Shown: positions 18,006 through 27,878 of the stretch, one piece after another | How positions within the stretch are numbered: the stretch's first letter is position 1 | Layout: each line of letters starts with the position of its first letter | Origin: Thermoanaerobaculia bacterium | GTDB taxonomy: Bacteria > Acidobacteriota > Thermoanaerobaculia > JALWYX01 | Assembly (NCBI GenBank): GCA_027078415.1 | Contig: JALWYX010000040.1 | Span: 1-56,745, forward strand | Direction of reading: 5' to 3' | DNA length: 56,745 nt | Translations under genes and position numbers: made by a program | Notes under the pieces: generated by a model | Told to the model about the DNA's origin: nothing | The model's input: only the letters and a program-made list of their open reading frames with translations | The model's database searches: none

Positions 18006-20186
18006 CTAGTTGTTTAGTTGTGTTTCTCTATAGTTGCACTCCTTGTTTGGGCAAGAGAGAATAGTTGTTTTACCTTTGTTTACTTCTATAAGGTAGCTGT
18101 TTTGACATAGAGGGCAACTTTTGTTAACAGGTTTTTGCCAGGAAGTAAATGAACATTTTGGATATTCACTACAACCAAAAAATAGCTTTCCTTTTTTGGT
18201 TTTACGTTCTATCACTTCTCCTTTTTTACAGTTAGGACATTGCATGCCTGTTTTTTTTGTCAGTGAACTGGTTAAGTTGCATTTATCGCATTTGAGGTAG
18301 AAACCGAATCTTCCTTTTTTGAGTTCCATTAGCTCTCCACACTTGGGGCAAATTTGAGCAGCTTCTTCTTGGTTATCTGTAGATAAATCTTTTGTAAATG
18401 AACATTTGGGATAGCTACTACAACCTATAAATGGACCGTATCTTCCAAATCTTATTTTTAGGTTGCTACCACATTTTGGGCAAGTTTCATTGAGTTCTAT
18501 ACCTTCTTTCTTTAGGTTCGGAAGTTCCGTTTCTGCCTTTTTAAGGTCTTCTTCAAATTTCTGCGCGAACTCCTTTAAAACCTCTTTCCAATTTTTTTCT
18601 CCTCTCTCTATATAGTCCAATTGCTCTTCTAGGTAAGAAGTATATTTTTCGTTGATTATGGAAGAAAAACCTTGTTTTAGTAATTCGTTTACGATCATTC
18701 CTAGTTTGGTGGGTACAAATTTACCTTTTTCCTTAACACAATACTCTCTGTCTGTTAGGGTAGAGAGTATTGTAGCGTAAGTTGAAGGTCTTCCTATACC
18801 TTTCTCCTCTAAAGCTTTTACTAGTGTAGCGTCAGAGAATCGAGATGGAGGTTTAGTAAACTTCTGAATAGTTTCTATACTTTTTACTAGTAAAGGTCCA
18901 GCTTTGTTTATTGGAGGGAAGTTGTCCCTCTCCGCGTTTTCTTCCCGGTATATGTGAAGAAAGCCTGGAAAAACAAGCCGTTTAAACTTAGCAATAAATG
19001 AGTAGTTATCTACTGCTATTTTTATCTCAAGGTTGTTATATATAGCGGGTTTCATTTGAGATGCTACAAATCTTTTCCATATAAGCGAATAGATTTTTAG
19101 TTGATCTTTGTTCAAATGTTTGGCCATTGTATCTGGAGTGAGAGCTATGTTAGTGGGTCGTATCGCTTCATGAGCATCTTGTGCACTTGATCTGTTTTTA
19201 AATTTGTTGGCTTTTTTAGGTAAATATTCTCTACCTATATTTTCCTTTATAAACTCTCTAGCTGATTTTAGAGCTTCATCGGCTATTCTAACCGAATCTG
19301 TACGCATATATGTGATTACTCCTACTACCTCTGAACCTATTCGTACGCCTTCATAAAGTTCTTGCGCTATAAGCATAGTCTTTTTTGCGGAGAATCCGAA
19401 CTTTTTGTTAGCTTCTTGTTGTAGCGTGGAAGTTATAAAGGGTGGCGGCGGTGACAACTTAGACTCTTTACGTTTTACTTCTTCAACTATTCCTTTTTGT
19501 CCAACCAACTCTTTTTTAACTTGTTCAGCCTCTTCCCGGTTTTGTTTTTCAAGTTTTGCTTTTATAGATACTCCTTCTTTAGAGGTAAATTCAGCCTCTA
19601 CTACCCAATACTCTTGCGGTTTGAATGAATTTATCTCCTCTTCTCTGTCGCATACCATTTTAAGAGCGACAGATTGGACTCTTCCTGCAGAAAGTCCCTG
19701 TTTTACTTTCTTCCAAAGTAAAGGAGAGAGCTTAAATCCCAAGATTCTATCTAACAGTCGTCTGGCTTGCTGGGCGTTTACTTTGTTTATATCGATATCT
19801 CGAGGTTGTTTTAGAGCTTTGAGCACAGCGTTTCGGGTTATTTCATTAAAAACTATTCTTTTTATTTTGGATTTTTCTTTAACTTTAGAAAGTATAAACT
19901 TTATGTGCCAAGCTATAGCTTCTCCTTCACGATCTGGATCTGGGGCCAAGTAGATCTCTTCTACATTTTTCGCAGTTTCTTTCAGTTTTTTAACTACCTC
20001 TTTTTTTTCCGGAAGAATTACATAGCTGGGGGTCAAAGTTTTCTCGTTTATACCAAATTTGTCCTTTGGTAGATCACGAATATGGCCTACCGATGCTTCC
20101 ACTAGAAATTCTTTACCAACAAATCCTTTTATCGTTTTAGTTTTAGCTGTGCTTTCAACGACTATTAGTTTTTTAGGTTTCTCCAT
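18006..20186 (-). CDS. topA: DNA topoisomerase I
   Basis: Toprim IVVES and APDPDREGEAI; SAGRVQS; ITYMRTDS; AHEAIRPT; GIGRPSTY; C-terminal C4 zinc ribbons. Confidence 0.97.
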   Translation of the reverse strand: MEKPKKLIVVESTAKTKTIKGFVGKEFLVEASVGHIRDLPKDKFGINEKTLTPSYVILPEKKEVVKKLKETAKNVEEIYLAPDPDREGEAIAWHIKFILSKVKEKSKIKRIVFNEITRNAVLKALKQPRDIDINKVNAQQARRLLDRILGFKLSPLLWKKVKQGLSAGRVQSVALKMVCDREEEINSFKPQEYWVVEAEFTSKEGVSIKAKLEKQNREEAEQVKKELVGQKGIVEEVKRKESKLSPPPPFITSTLQQEANKKFGFSAKKTMLIAQELYEGVRIGSEVVGVITYMRTDSVRIADEALKSAREFIKENIGREYLPKKANKFKNRSSAQDAHEAIRPTNIALTPDTMAKHLNKDQLKIYSLIWKRFVASQMKPAIYNNLEIKIAVDNYSFIAKFKRLVFPGFLHIYREENAERDNFPPINKAGPLLVKSIETIQKFTKPPSRFSDATLVKALEEKGIGRPSTYATILSTLTDREYCVKEKGKFVPTKLGMIVNELLKQGFSSIINEKYTSYLEEQLDYIERGEKNWKEVLKEFAQKFEEDLKKAETELPNLKKEGIELNETCPKCGSNLKIRFGRYGPFIGCSSYPKCSFTKDLSTDNQEEAAQICPKCGELMELKKGRFGFYLKCDKCNLTSSLTKKTGMQCPNCKKGEVIERKTKKGKLFFGCSEYPKCSFTSWQKPVNKSCPLCQNSYLIEVNKGKTTILSCPNKECNYRETQLNN

Positions 20187-21096
20187 ACAGCGCGTTTATT
20201 ATATCCAAATCTTCAGAGTTTTTCTTCAATGAGGAAGTTGTTTTTGAAGTTGTTCTGCTGTTGCGTATGTATCCCATATATTCTAGAATGTCATCTACAG
20301 ATGACACTAGATATGCGCCTTCTTGAATTAACCTATTTACGCCTTTAGCTTGCTTATCAGTTATTCTTCCAGGTATCGCAAAGATATCCTTTCCTAATTC
20401 TAAAGCGTAGTTTGCTGTGATAAGAGCTCCGGAGCGTTCGTTTGCTTCAACCACCAGGACAGCCTTCGCGAGTGCTGCAATTACTCTGTTACGTAGAGGA
20501 AAGTTGTGGCGGTAAGGGGGGTAGAATAAAGGGAATTCGCTTAAAAAAGTTGATTGTTGTCTCATTTTTCTACGTAAAAGTAAGTTTTCTTTTGGATATT
20601 CCACAAGGATGCCACATCCTAAAACTGCTATATTTACGCCTTCTGCCCGAAGAGCTCCTATGTGAGCATATCGATCTATTCCTACTGCAAAACCAGAAAT
20701 TATTCCTATACCTTTTAAAGAAAGTTTGTATGCAAATAGCTGGGCTAAATGCACACCGTAAGGAGACGCTTTTCTGCTACCTACTATGGCTATAAGTTCA
20801 TTACTCCACTCTCGCCCTTTTACGTACAGTACCGGTGGAGGAGAATCTAGAATTTTTAGTTCTTGAGGATATTCCTGGTCTAGGGGTGTTATTATTTTGA
20901 TTCCATTTTTTTTACATAAAGTTTCTATTTTAATTACAGTTTTTTCTTCGATGTTTGCTGATGCTATTGCTTTTTCCAAATTTTTCATCGATTTTTTAGA
21001 GAAGTTAGTCTCTATTAGTTTACGGGTAACTTTGTAAATTTTGTTTCTCTCTTTCCTAATTTCCCCTAGTGCTATTAGTTGTTTTTTTAGATCCAT
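20173..21096 (-). CDS. dprA: DNA-processing protein DprA, C-terminally short
   Basis: AIVGSR, SGFAVGID..AH, FPLRNRVIAAL, VVEA..RSGALITA; conserved dprA-topA order. Confidence 0.93.
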   Translation of the reverse strand: MDLKKQLIALGEIRKERNKIYKVTRKLIETNFSKKSMKNLEKAIASANIEEKTVIKIETLCKKNGIKIITPLDQEYPQELKILDSPPPVLYVKGREWSNELIAIVGSRKASPYGVHLAQLFAYKLSLKGIGIISGFAVGIDRYAHIGALRAEGVNIAVLGCGILVEYPKENLLLRRKMRQQSTFLSEFPLFYPPYRHNFPLRNRVIAALAKAVLVVEANERSGALITANYALELGKDIFAIPGRITDKQAKGVNRLIQEGAYLVSSVDDILEYMGYIRNSRTTSKTTSSLKKNSEDLDIINALYGET

Positions 21097-21190
21097 CGTA
21101 TATTTAGATAACGTATTTTTAGAAAACAGGTTATTTTCTCGTATGGAATAGTTATAAGATAATTAAGATAATGGTGTGCAAATAGGTACT

Positions 21191-21544
21191 ATGTTAAAAA
21201 AAATAGTTTTTATAATAGTTGCTTTTGCAGTTTTAAGTTGTGCTAGACAATTCGGCTCATATCCAACGTTGCAAGATGAGCTAAGGTTTATAGGAGAGAT
21301 ATCTGAATATGGGTTATGGAATGAAAGCTTTTTTAGATTGAGCAGATTGTATTCTCTGTATCCAGATAATCCTGAAATAGCTAATAATCTGGCAGTTGCG
21401 TGTGAAGCGCTAGGTAAATACAAACAAGCGGAGTTGTTGTACCGTAAAGCTCTTAGCATAGATCCTAATAACAGGTATATAAAGGAAAATTATGAGCGAT
21501 TTAAAAGGATTAGGAAAGGTGAAGATAAAGATAACAATAATTGA
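21191..21544 (+). CDS. TPR lipoprotein
   Basis: Start moved to MLKK; lipobox VLSC; TPR pattern NNLAVACEALGKYKQAELLYRKALSIDPNN. Confidence 0.8.
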   Translation: MLKKIVFIIVAFAVLSCARQFGSYPTLQDELRFIGEISEYGLWNESFFRLSRLYSLYPDNPEIANNLAVACEALGKYKQAELLYRKALSIDPNNRYIKENYERFKRIRKGEDKDNNN

Positions 21545-22193
21545 GATATTGTTTCCTTTTATTTTGTATGCAGGTGTAAAAGAGGTAACTGTACCTATTA
21601 AGCAAGCGGCGAAGATAGATCTTTCGGAAAGCAGAAAAGTACTTATAGCACCCTTCATTTTCCCTGTGGAAGAAGGAGAAGAAGCGGTAAAAGAAGAAAT
21701 TGTAAAGGAGTTTAGTATATATATTGCTAGACTCTTAAAAAGGGAGACAGATATAGAGTTGAAGACAGCAGGTGACACGATCGAATATCCTGTTTATTCT
21801 ATAGAGAAGTTGAAACACCAAAAGGAGTTTTGGATCGATTTAGCTACTAGTTATAAGGTTAGATGGATATTAACAGGTAGCGTTGACTTTGACGTTAATG
21901 AACAAGTTGGATATAAGCAGGAGGAGTATATTTCGCCTTTCGATGGTCGCGTTTATACTCGACAAATATTGGTAGAAGAGACTGGATTTAGCTTGGATTT
22001 TCTAATTTTAGTTATAGATGGTCTATCTGGTGAGGTAGTTTTAGAGGAACATTTTAAAGATTTCACATCTTTAGAAGGTAGAAGGTTGGATCCACTTAAA
22101 GGTTTGTTTAAAAACTTATCTAAACTGGAAGATAAGATAGTAGCTATATTTAAAGAATTTACTGTTATAGATAGTAGGTATTTACTCTATTAA
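21519..22193 (+). CDS. Exported hypothetical protein, possible CsgG/TolB-N-like fold
   Basis: GTG start after AGGAAAG gives a signal-like N-terminus; KVLIAPF, WILTGSVDF and VIDGLSGEVV resemble this fold (inference). Confidence 0.7.
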   Translation: MKIKITIIEILFPFILYAGVKEVTVPIKQAAKIDLSESRKVLIAPFIFPVEEGEEAVKEEIVKEFSIYIARLLKRETDIELKTAGDTIEYPVYSIEKLKHQKEFWIDLATSYKVRWILTGSVDFDVNEQVGYKQEEYISPFDGRVYTRQILVEETGFSLDFLILVIDGLSGEVVLEEHFKDFTSLEGRRLDPLKGLFKNLSKLEDKIVAIFKEFTVIDSRYLLY

Positions 22194-22203
22194 AGGTGGC
22201 GTA

Positions 22204-25023
22204 ATGAGAAGGGTTATATATTTCATTGTAACATGTTATATGGGGTTCTATCCGTTATTTGCTCAATTTGGTAAAAATAAGGTGCAATATTATGAGTTTG
22301 AGTGGTTTAGGTATGAGTCGCTACATTTTGTTGTTTATTATTATAAAGGAGCAGAGAATCTTCTAACTAAAATAGTTTCTTTTGCTGAAAGTGCATACGA
22401 TGAGTTGTCCAGAAAGCTCAACTATTCTATAGATGAAAAGATAAATCTTATCTACTACGCTACTTTTTCTCATTTTGAACAGACCAATGTTATAGGGCCC
22501 GGTTTTGTTCCTGAGGGCGCTTTAGCTTTTGCCACTCCTGTTAAAAAACGCATGGTATTACCTGCTGATCTTCCCGACCCTGAGTTGTATCAGTTGATTA
22601 CGCACGAACTTACTCATATTTTTCAATACCACATGATTTTAGGTGAAAATAGGTTTGTGGGTACCGGATTTATGCTTCCTGCCTGGCTTATGGAGGGTAT
22701 GGCAAGTTATTTTGCCAAGGATGAAACTAGTTCCGATAAAATGTTTCTACGTGACGCTGTAGTCAATCATAGGATTCCAAATATTACAGAAAGTCGAGGT
22801 TTTAGCTTTTTCGCATATAGAATAGGTCACGCGGTTTTCGATTTTATCGAAGAAAAATGGGGTGTGGAGGGAATAAGAGATTTCCTACTAAATCTGCGAA
22901 CCATGTTAAGAGGAGGTGTAAGCAGAGCAATTAAAAGAAGTTTTGGCTTGAGTTCTGAACAGTTTAATTTGGAGTTCGCAAGATGGTTACGTAAAAGGTA
23001 TTTGCCGCTTTTTGCCAAGTCTGGTCCTCCAGACGATTACGGTCAACCAATTTCAAATCAAGAGGGTTTCAATACTTCTCTTGTGGGATTAGCCGTTTCT
23101 CCTGGCGGAGAATTGGGAGTTACTTTCGGAGTTGTAAGGGGAGAGGTCGATGTGTATTTGCTTAATCTTAAAAAGCGTACGGTTATCAGAAATTTGACCA
23201 AAGGGTTCAATACCGTTACGGGTGATTTCGTTGCTCAGATGTTTACAACTGGTAGAAGTTCTGGAAACGATTTGGCCTTTTCTCCAGACGGCAATTTGGT
23301 AGCAGTTTTTGCTAAGAAAGAAGGGAAGAGAGTATTGGTACTTTTAAACGTAATAAAGGGAGGTATACACAAAGTTATTCCTATAGAGTTAGATCAGCCT
23401 AGAAATCCTGTTTTTCACCCGAAAAAAATGGAAATTTACTTTTCTGCTGCTAAAAGAGGGCAATTTGATATATTCAAGATCAACCTGGAAAATTTTGAGG
23501 TGGAGAACGTTACAAATGATGAATATTTTGATTTAAGTCCTGCTATTTCGCACGATGGTTCCAAACTCGTTTACGTATCTTCTCGGGGAAAGTATATGGC
23601 TCTTTATATAAAGGAGGGCAACGAAGCTTCTAAACCTTTAATACGGGGTAAGATAAACGTTAGAGATCCTGTCTTCTCTCCTGATGGAAAGAGAGTGTAT
23701 TTTACCGGTGACCTTAACGATACTGAAAACATATACTACATATCCTTAGAAGAGAACAAAATTTTTAAGCTTACAGATCTTGTAACAGGTGCATTTATGC
23801 CTGCGATTGCTAGGAGCAAAGATGGAGATTATACTTTTGCTTTTACCTCTCTTTGGAATGGGGTATTTGGACTTTACGTTGCCGATGTAAAAAAACCGTT
23901 AGAAGTTAGTATTGAATCCGTTGAAGAAAAGGATACTTTTGAGCCACCGTTGGAGATATACGCTTCAATAGATAGGGCAAAAAAGTATAAAAGGTCACCT
24001 TTTTTCTTGCAAGATGCAAGTGGAGGGGTAGGTGTTACTTCGGATGGAATTCTTATTTCTCAACTGCAGCTGTTTTTTTCCGATATTTTGGGAGACAAAC
24101 AGATATTAGCTTTTGTTGGTTCAGCTGATACTTTTTCCCAAGTAGATCTTTTTTATTTGGATATAGGGAAAAGATGGCAAAAGGGGGTTAGAGTATTTGA
24201 TAGAAGACTTTTCTTTGTTACTTTTGTGGAAGATCAGTCTGGAAATCTTAGACTCCTGAGAAGAAATGTGTTTACTTTAACCGGTTTGAGTAGCTTTGCA
24301 TTCTACCCTTTAGATAAGTTTAATAGGTTGGAGTTAGCTGCTGGGTATCTACTGCGTGATTATGAATTACCAGTTTTTAGACCCGATACTGGTGAAGTTG
24401 TTATTTTTGAGGTAAGCGATAATTTTCCATTTATAAATGCTGCGTTTGTCCGTGATAATGCTAAGTTTGCTCCATGGGGTGCTATTGCTGGGAATAGGAT
24501 GAGAATAGAAGCTTCCTACGGTATAGGCTCTAAAGCAGCTAGCCAGGTCTCTTTTGATATACGTGGCTATATGCCTGTTTCCTTACGTTCCAATTTTGCC
24601 TTTAGGTTGTTTGGTGCTGCTAGTTATGGCGATAATCCTAACGTTATATTTTTTGGAGGTACCGATGACTTTAGAGGGGTGCGCTACGCTTCTTTCAGTG
24701 GAGATAGAGCTTTTTTTGTCAACTTAGAGTATAGATTCCCGCTCGTGGATAGATTGCATTTGCCTTTTATGCACCTTAACAATATAAGAGGCAGAATTTT
24801 CGTGGATGTTGCAGGTGCGTGGTTTGATTCTCTTGGAGAAGATTTTGTTTTCTGGGACTCTACTGGTAATAAGCTTCAAGATGCCAAGTCGGTATACGGT
24901 TTTGGTGTATCCTTTGCATTCCAAGGAATATGGTTACATTGGGATTTTTCTAAACGTTGGGATTTTAAAAACGTTCTGGATGACAGTTTTAACACAAGTT
25001 TTTGGATAGGTACCAGATTTTAG
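22204..25023 (+). CDS. Zincin + PD40/TolB-like beta-propeller + Omp85 barrel protein (WD40-Omp85 type)
   Basis: Signal then QFGKNKVQY; HELTH...WLMEGMASY; AFSPDG, PAISHDG, PVFSPDG repeats; GG.DDFRG lid motif, LEYRFP, FVD, C-terminal WIGTRF. Confidence 0.88.
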   Translation: MRRVIYFIVTCYMGFYPLFAQFGKNKVQYYEFEWFRYESLHFVVYYYKGAENLLTKIVSFAESAYDELSRKLNYSIDEKINLIYYATFSHFEQTNVIGPGFVPEGALAFATPVKKRMVLPADLPDPELYQLITHELTHIFQYHMILGENRFVGTGFMLPAWLMEGMASYFAKDETSSDKMFLRDAVVNHRIPNITESRGFSFFAYRIGHAVFDFIEEKWGVEGIRDFLLNLRTMLRGGVSRAIKRSFGLSSEQFNLEFARWLRKRYLPLFAKSGPPDDYGQPISNQEGFNTSLVGLAVSPGGELGVTFGVVRGEVDVYLLNLKKRTVIRNLTKGFNTVTGDFVAQMFTTGRSSGNDLAFSPDGNLVAVFAKKEGKRVLVLLNVIKGGIHKVIPIELDQPRNPVFHPKKMEIYFSAAKRGQFDIFKINLENFEVENVTNDEYFDLSPAISHDGSKLVYVSSRGKYMALYIKEGNEASKPLIRGKINVRDPVFSPDGKRVYFTGDLNDTENIYYISLEENKIFKLTDLVTGAFMPAIARSKDGDYTFAFTSLWNGVFGLYVADVKKPLEVSIESVEEKDTFEPPLEIYASIDRAKKYKRSPFFLQDASGGVGVTSDGILISQLQLFFSDILGDKQILAFVGSADTFSQVDLFYLDIGKRWQKGVRVFDRRLFFVTFVEDQSGNLRLLRRNVFTLTGLSSFAFYPLDKFNRLELAAGYLLRDYELPVFRPDTGEVVIFEVSDNFPFINAAFVRDNAKFAPWGAIAGNRMRIEASYGIGSKAASQVSFDIRGYMPVSLRSNFAFRLFGAASYGDNPNVIFFGGTDDFRGVRYASFSGDRAFFVNLEYRFPLVDRLHLPFMHLNNIRGRIFVDVAGAWFDSLGEDFVFWDSTGNKLQDAKSVYGFGVSFAFQGIWLHWDFSKRWDFKNVLDDSFNTSFWIGTRF

Positions 25024-25025
25024 AT

Positions 25026-26171
25026 ATGAGCGCTTCAGAAATTTTGGGAGTTAAAGGTCTAGAACTCCTAAAGATGGGAGTCGAGATAGTAAGCACTTTA
25101 GATTTAGATCAAGTGCTAGAGAAGGCATTGGTAAAAGCGGAAACTCTATGCGCTGCAGATGCTAGTTCTATATGGGAAGTGGATGATGCAGAGGAAGGTC
25201 TTTACCTACGGTTGGTAAGAGGGAAAGAAGCGCCTAAGTTAAGAGATATTTTTGTAAATATGGGAGAAGGAATAGTAGGAAACGTAGCGTTATCGCAGAA
25301 AGCAGAGATAGTAAGTAACGTACCTCAAGACAAGAGGTGGTTAGGGAGATATATACCGTTGGAGAGTATCTCATCGATATTGACTGTTCCTTTAGTTGCT
25401 GCCCAGAAAAGTGTAGGTGTAATACAGCTTATAATGTACGGTGATAAAAGGTTTACAGATGAGGATCTGGAGTTGATAAGTTTACTCTCTGCTCCTATAG
25501 CAGCAGCGATGGCTAATGCGCGTTTATATGCGAAACAGCGTGCTCTATTTGCTCAAACCATATCATCTTTGGCTGAAGCTGTAGAAAGAAGGGATCCTTA
25601 TACAGGTGGACATACTAAGAGAGTTCTTTACTATTCTCTCGTTATAGGGAAGTTTCTAGGTTTATCTGTTGATGAATTGAAAGAGTTGTACGTGGCAGCG
25701 GTCTTACATGATATAGGTAAAATAGCTGTTCCAGATAAGATTCTTCAGAAACCAGCACCTCTTTCTAGAGATGAGTTTGATATTCTTACTAAGCACCCTG
25801 TAGACGGTGCTACTATTATAGCTAATATCTCTGGTATGGATAAGGTTGTAGAGGCTGTTAAGTATCACCATGAGAGGTTTGATGGTAAAGGATATCCTGA
25901 TAGACTAAAAGGGGAGAATATTCCTCTACTTGCACGTATTATAGCTGTAGCTGATACTTTCGATGCTATGACAACCGACCGTCCCTATAGGAAAGCACTT
26001 TCCTTTGAAGAGGCTGTGAAAGAGATTGAGAGATTTTCTGGAACCCAGTTTTGTCCTAACGTTGTAAGAACTTTTAAAGAAGCTTATAATATGGGAAAAT
26101 TTAAATTAGAGGAAGGAAAGAGGATAGCTGAGATTCTCTTTCCAGAAAGTGAGAAAACTAGGTCTAACTAA
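25026..26171 (+). CDS. GAF + HD-GYP cyclic-dinucleotide phosphodiesterase
   Basis: GAF (GEGIVG, VPL, FTDED); RDPYTGGH, LHDIGK, HHERFDGKGYP, VADTFDAMT; start moved to ATG 25026. Confidence 0.92.
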   Translation: MSASEILGVKGLELLKMGVEIVSTLDLDQVLEKALVKAETLCAADASSIWEVDDAEEGLYLRLVRGKEAPKLRDIFVNMGEGIVGNVALSQKAEIVSNVPQDKRWLGRYIPLESISSILTVPLVAAQKSVGVIQLIMYGDKRFTDEDLELISLLSAPIAAAMANARLYAKQRALFAQTISSLAEAVERRDPYTGGHTKRVLYYSLVIGKFLGLSVDELKELYVAAVLHDIGKIAVPDKILQKPAPLSRDEFDILTKHPVDGATIIANISGMDKVVEAVKYHHERFDGKGYPDRLKGENIPLLARIIAVADTFDAMTTDRPYRKALSFEEAVKEIERFSGTQFCPNVVRTFKEAYNMGKFKLEEGKRIAEILFPESEKTRSN

Positions 26172-26929
26172 TGGAATTGGAGTTCCTAGGGTGCTACGGC
26201 GGGCAGGCTCCGGGTTATAATCTTACTTCACTTAGAATAAACGAGACTATACTTATAGATGCCGGTTGTACAGCTCAAGCTTTGAGTCTAGAGGAGCAGC
26301 GGAAGATAAAAGCTATTTTTCTTACTCATTCTCATATGGATCATATAAATTCACTTCCTTTTCTTATAGAGAATGTGTACGATTATAATGTAGAACCTTT
26401 AAGAGTTTATGCCCTTCCTCATACCGTTTACTCAATAAGAAAATATCTTCTTAACAACAATACATGGCCAGATTTTACAGGGTTACCTAATAATCTTATA
26501 CCAGTTATAGAGTTTGAAGAGATAGTTCCTGAAAAACCTATAGATATGGGTGAAGTGACGTTTATACCTGTAGAGGTTAACCACTTGATACCTACTGTGG
26601 GTTATATAATTAAGAGTGTTGAGGCAGCTGTGGTTTGGTCTAGCGATACAGGTCCTACAGAAAGAATATGGGTTTTGGCTAACACTCTTAGAAAACTCAA
26701 AGCTGTATTTCTAGAAACCAGTTTTCCTAACCGTATGCAGGAGATAGCTAACGTATCGTATCATTTAACACCTGCTACTTTAAAGGAGGAAATAGAAAAA
26801 ATAAGAAGAGAGGTACCCGTGTATTTACACCATATAAAACCTCTATTTATCGATACAATAAAAAAAGAGATAGAGGAGATGGGTCTTTCTGTTTTTTTTA
26901 CAGAGGATGGTATGAAATTAATTTTTTGA
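26171..26929 (+). CDS. 3',5'-cyclic-nucleotide phosphodiesterase, class II / MBL fold
   Basis: LGCYGG, IDAG, THSHMDH, WPDF, VNH, SDTGPT, ETSFPN, HLTP, HIKP. Confidence 0.85.
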   Translation: MELEFLGCYGGQAPGYNLTSLRINETILIDAGCTAQALSLEEQRKIKAIFLTHSHMDHINSLPFLIENVYDYNVEPLRVYALPHTVYSIRKYLLNNNTWPDFTGLPNNLIPVIEFEEIVPEKPIDMGEVTFIPVEVNHLIPTVGYIIKSVEAAVVWSSDTGPTERIWVLANTLRKLKAVFLETSFPNRMQEIANVSYHLTPATLKEEIEKIRREVPVYLHHIKPLFIDTIKKEIEEMGLSVFFTEDGMKLIF

Positions 26930-26943
26930 GATAGGTTTAAGTT

Positions 26944-27195
26944 ATGGTTAAAGTCGAGATTAAAGTGTATCCCAAAAAAGAAGTCCTTGATCCTGTGGGT
27001 GAAACGATCAAAAAAGCTCTTAGAAGATTAGGAGTGGATGTGGAATCGGTTAGGGCTGGCAAGTTGTTTACTATAGAGATGCCCGAAAAATTATCAAAGG
27101 AGGAGTTGTACTTAGAAGCTGATAGGATGTGTAAAGAGTTACTTGCCAATCCGCTTATAGAAGAGTATGAAGTGATTTTATGCGAGCAGCAGTAG
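26944..27195 (+). CDS. purS: FGAM synthase subunit PurS
   Basis: VLDPVG, VRAGK, LLANPLIEEY. Confidence 0.95.
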   Translation: MVKVEIKVYPKKEVLDPVGETIKKALRRLGVDVESVRAGKLFTIEMPEKLSKEELYLEADRMCKELLANPLIEEYEVILCEQQ

Positions 27196-27872
27196 TAGTA
27201 TTTCCAGGGAGTAATTGTGATCACGATCTTTTTTGGGTGTTGAACGATATTGTAGGTTTAAATACTGCCTATGTGTGGCATGAAGATACCAAGTTGGTAG
27301 ATTTTGATCTTATAGTATTACCGGGAGGGTTTTCCTATGGAGATTATTTGCGGTCGGGAGCTATAGCAGCTCGTTCTCCGATCATGGATGCTGTGAGAGA
27401 TGCTGCAGAGAAAGGTAGAGCTGTTATAGGTATATGTAACGGATTTCAAATTCTAACAGAGGCAGGCCTTTTACCGGGTGCTTTACTCCCTAATATAAAT
27501 CTTAGGTTTATCTCAACCTGGGTTTATATGAGAGTAGAAAATAATTCAACTGTTTTTACACATAAGTACAGAAAAGGGGAAATTATTAGAATGCCTATTG
27601 CGCATGCTGAGGGAAGGTATTACGTGGATAATGGGGCTCTTACTGAGTTGCAACGCAATGGACAGATCGTTTTTAGATACAGTGATGCTGAAGGTAATAG
27701 TGTAGATTACTGTAATCCCAACGGCTCAATCGATTTTATAGCAGGTATATGTAACAGGGCTGGGAACGTTTTGGGGCTTATGCCGCATCCGGAACGGTGT
27801 TGTGAAAGAAGCCTCGGAGGAGTCGATGGTTTACGAGTATTTACCAGTTTAGTTCAGTGCTTATCTAGCTAA
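27180..27872 (+). CDS. purQ: FGAM synthase glutaminase subunit PurQ
   Basis: FPGSNCD, PGGFSYGDYLRSG, GICNGFQ, MPHPER. Confidence 0.97.
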   Translation: MRAAVVVFPGSNCDHDLFWVLNDIVGLNTAYVWHEDTKLVDFDLIVLPGGFSYGDYLRSGAIAARSPIMDAVRDAAEKGRAVIGICNGFQILTEAGLLPGALLPNINLRFISTWVYMRVENNSTVFTHKYRKGEIIRMPIAHAEGRYYVDNGALTELQRNGQIVFRYSDAEGNSVDYCNPNGSIDFIAGICNRAGNVLGLMPHPERCCERSLGGVDGLRVFTSLVQCLSS

Positions 27873-27878
27873 TAATAT

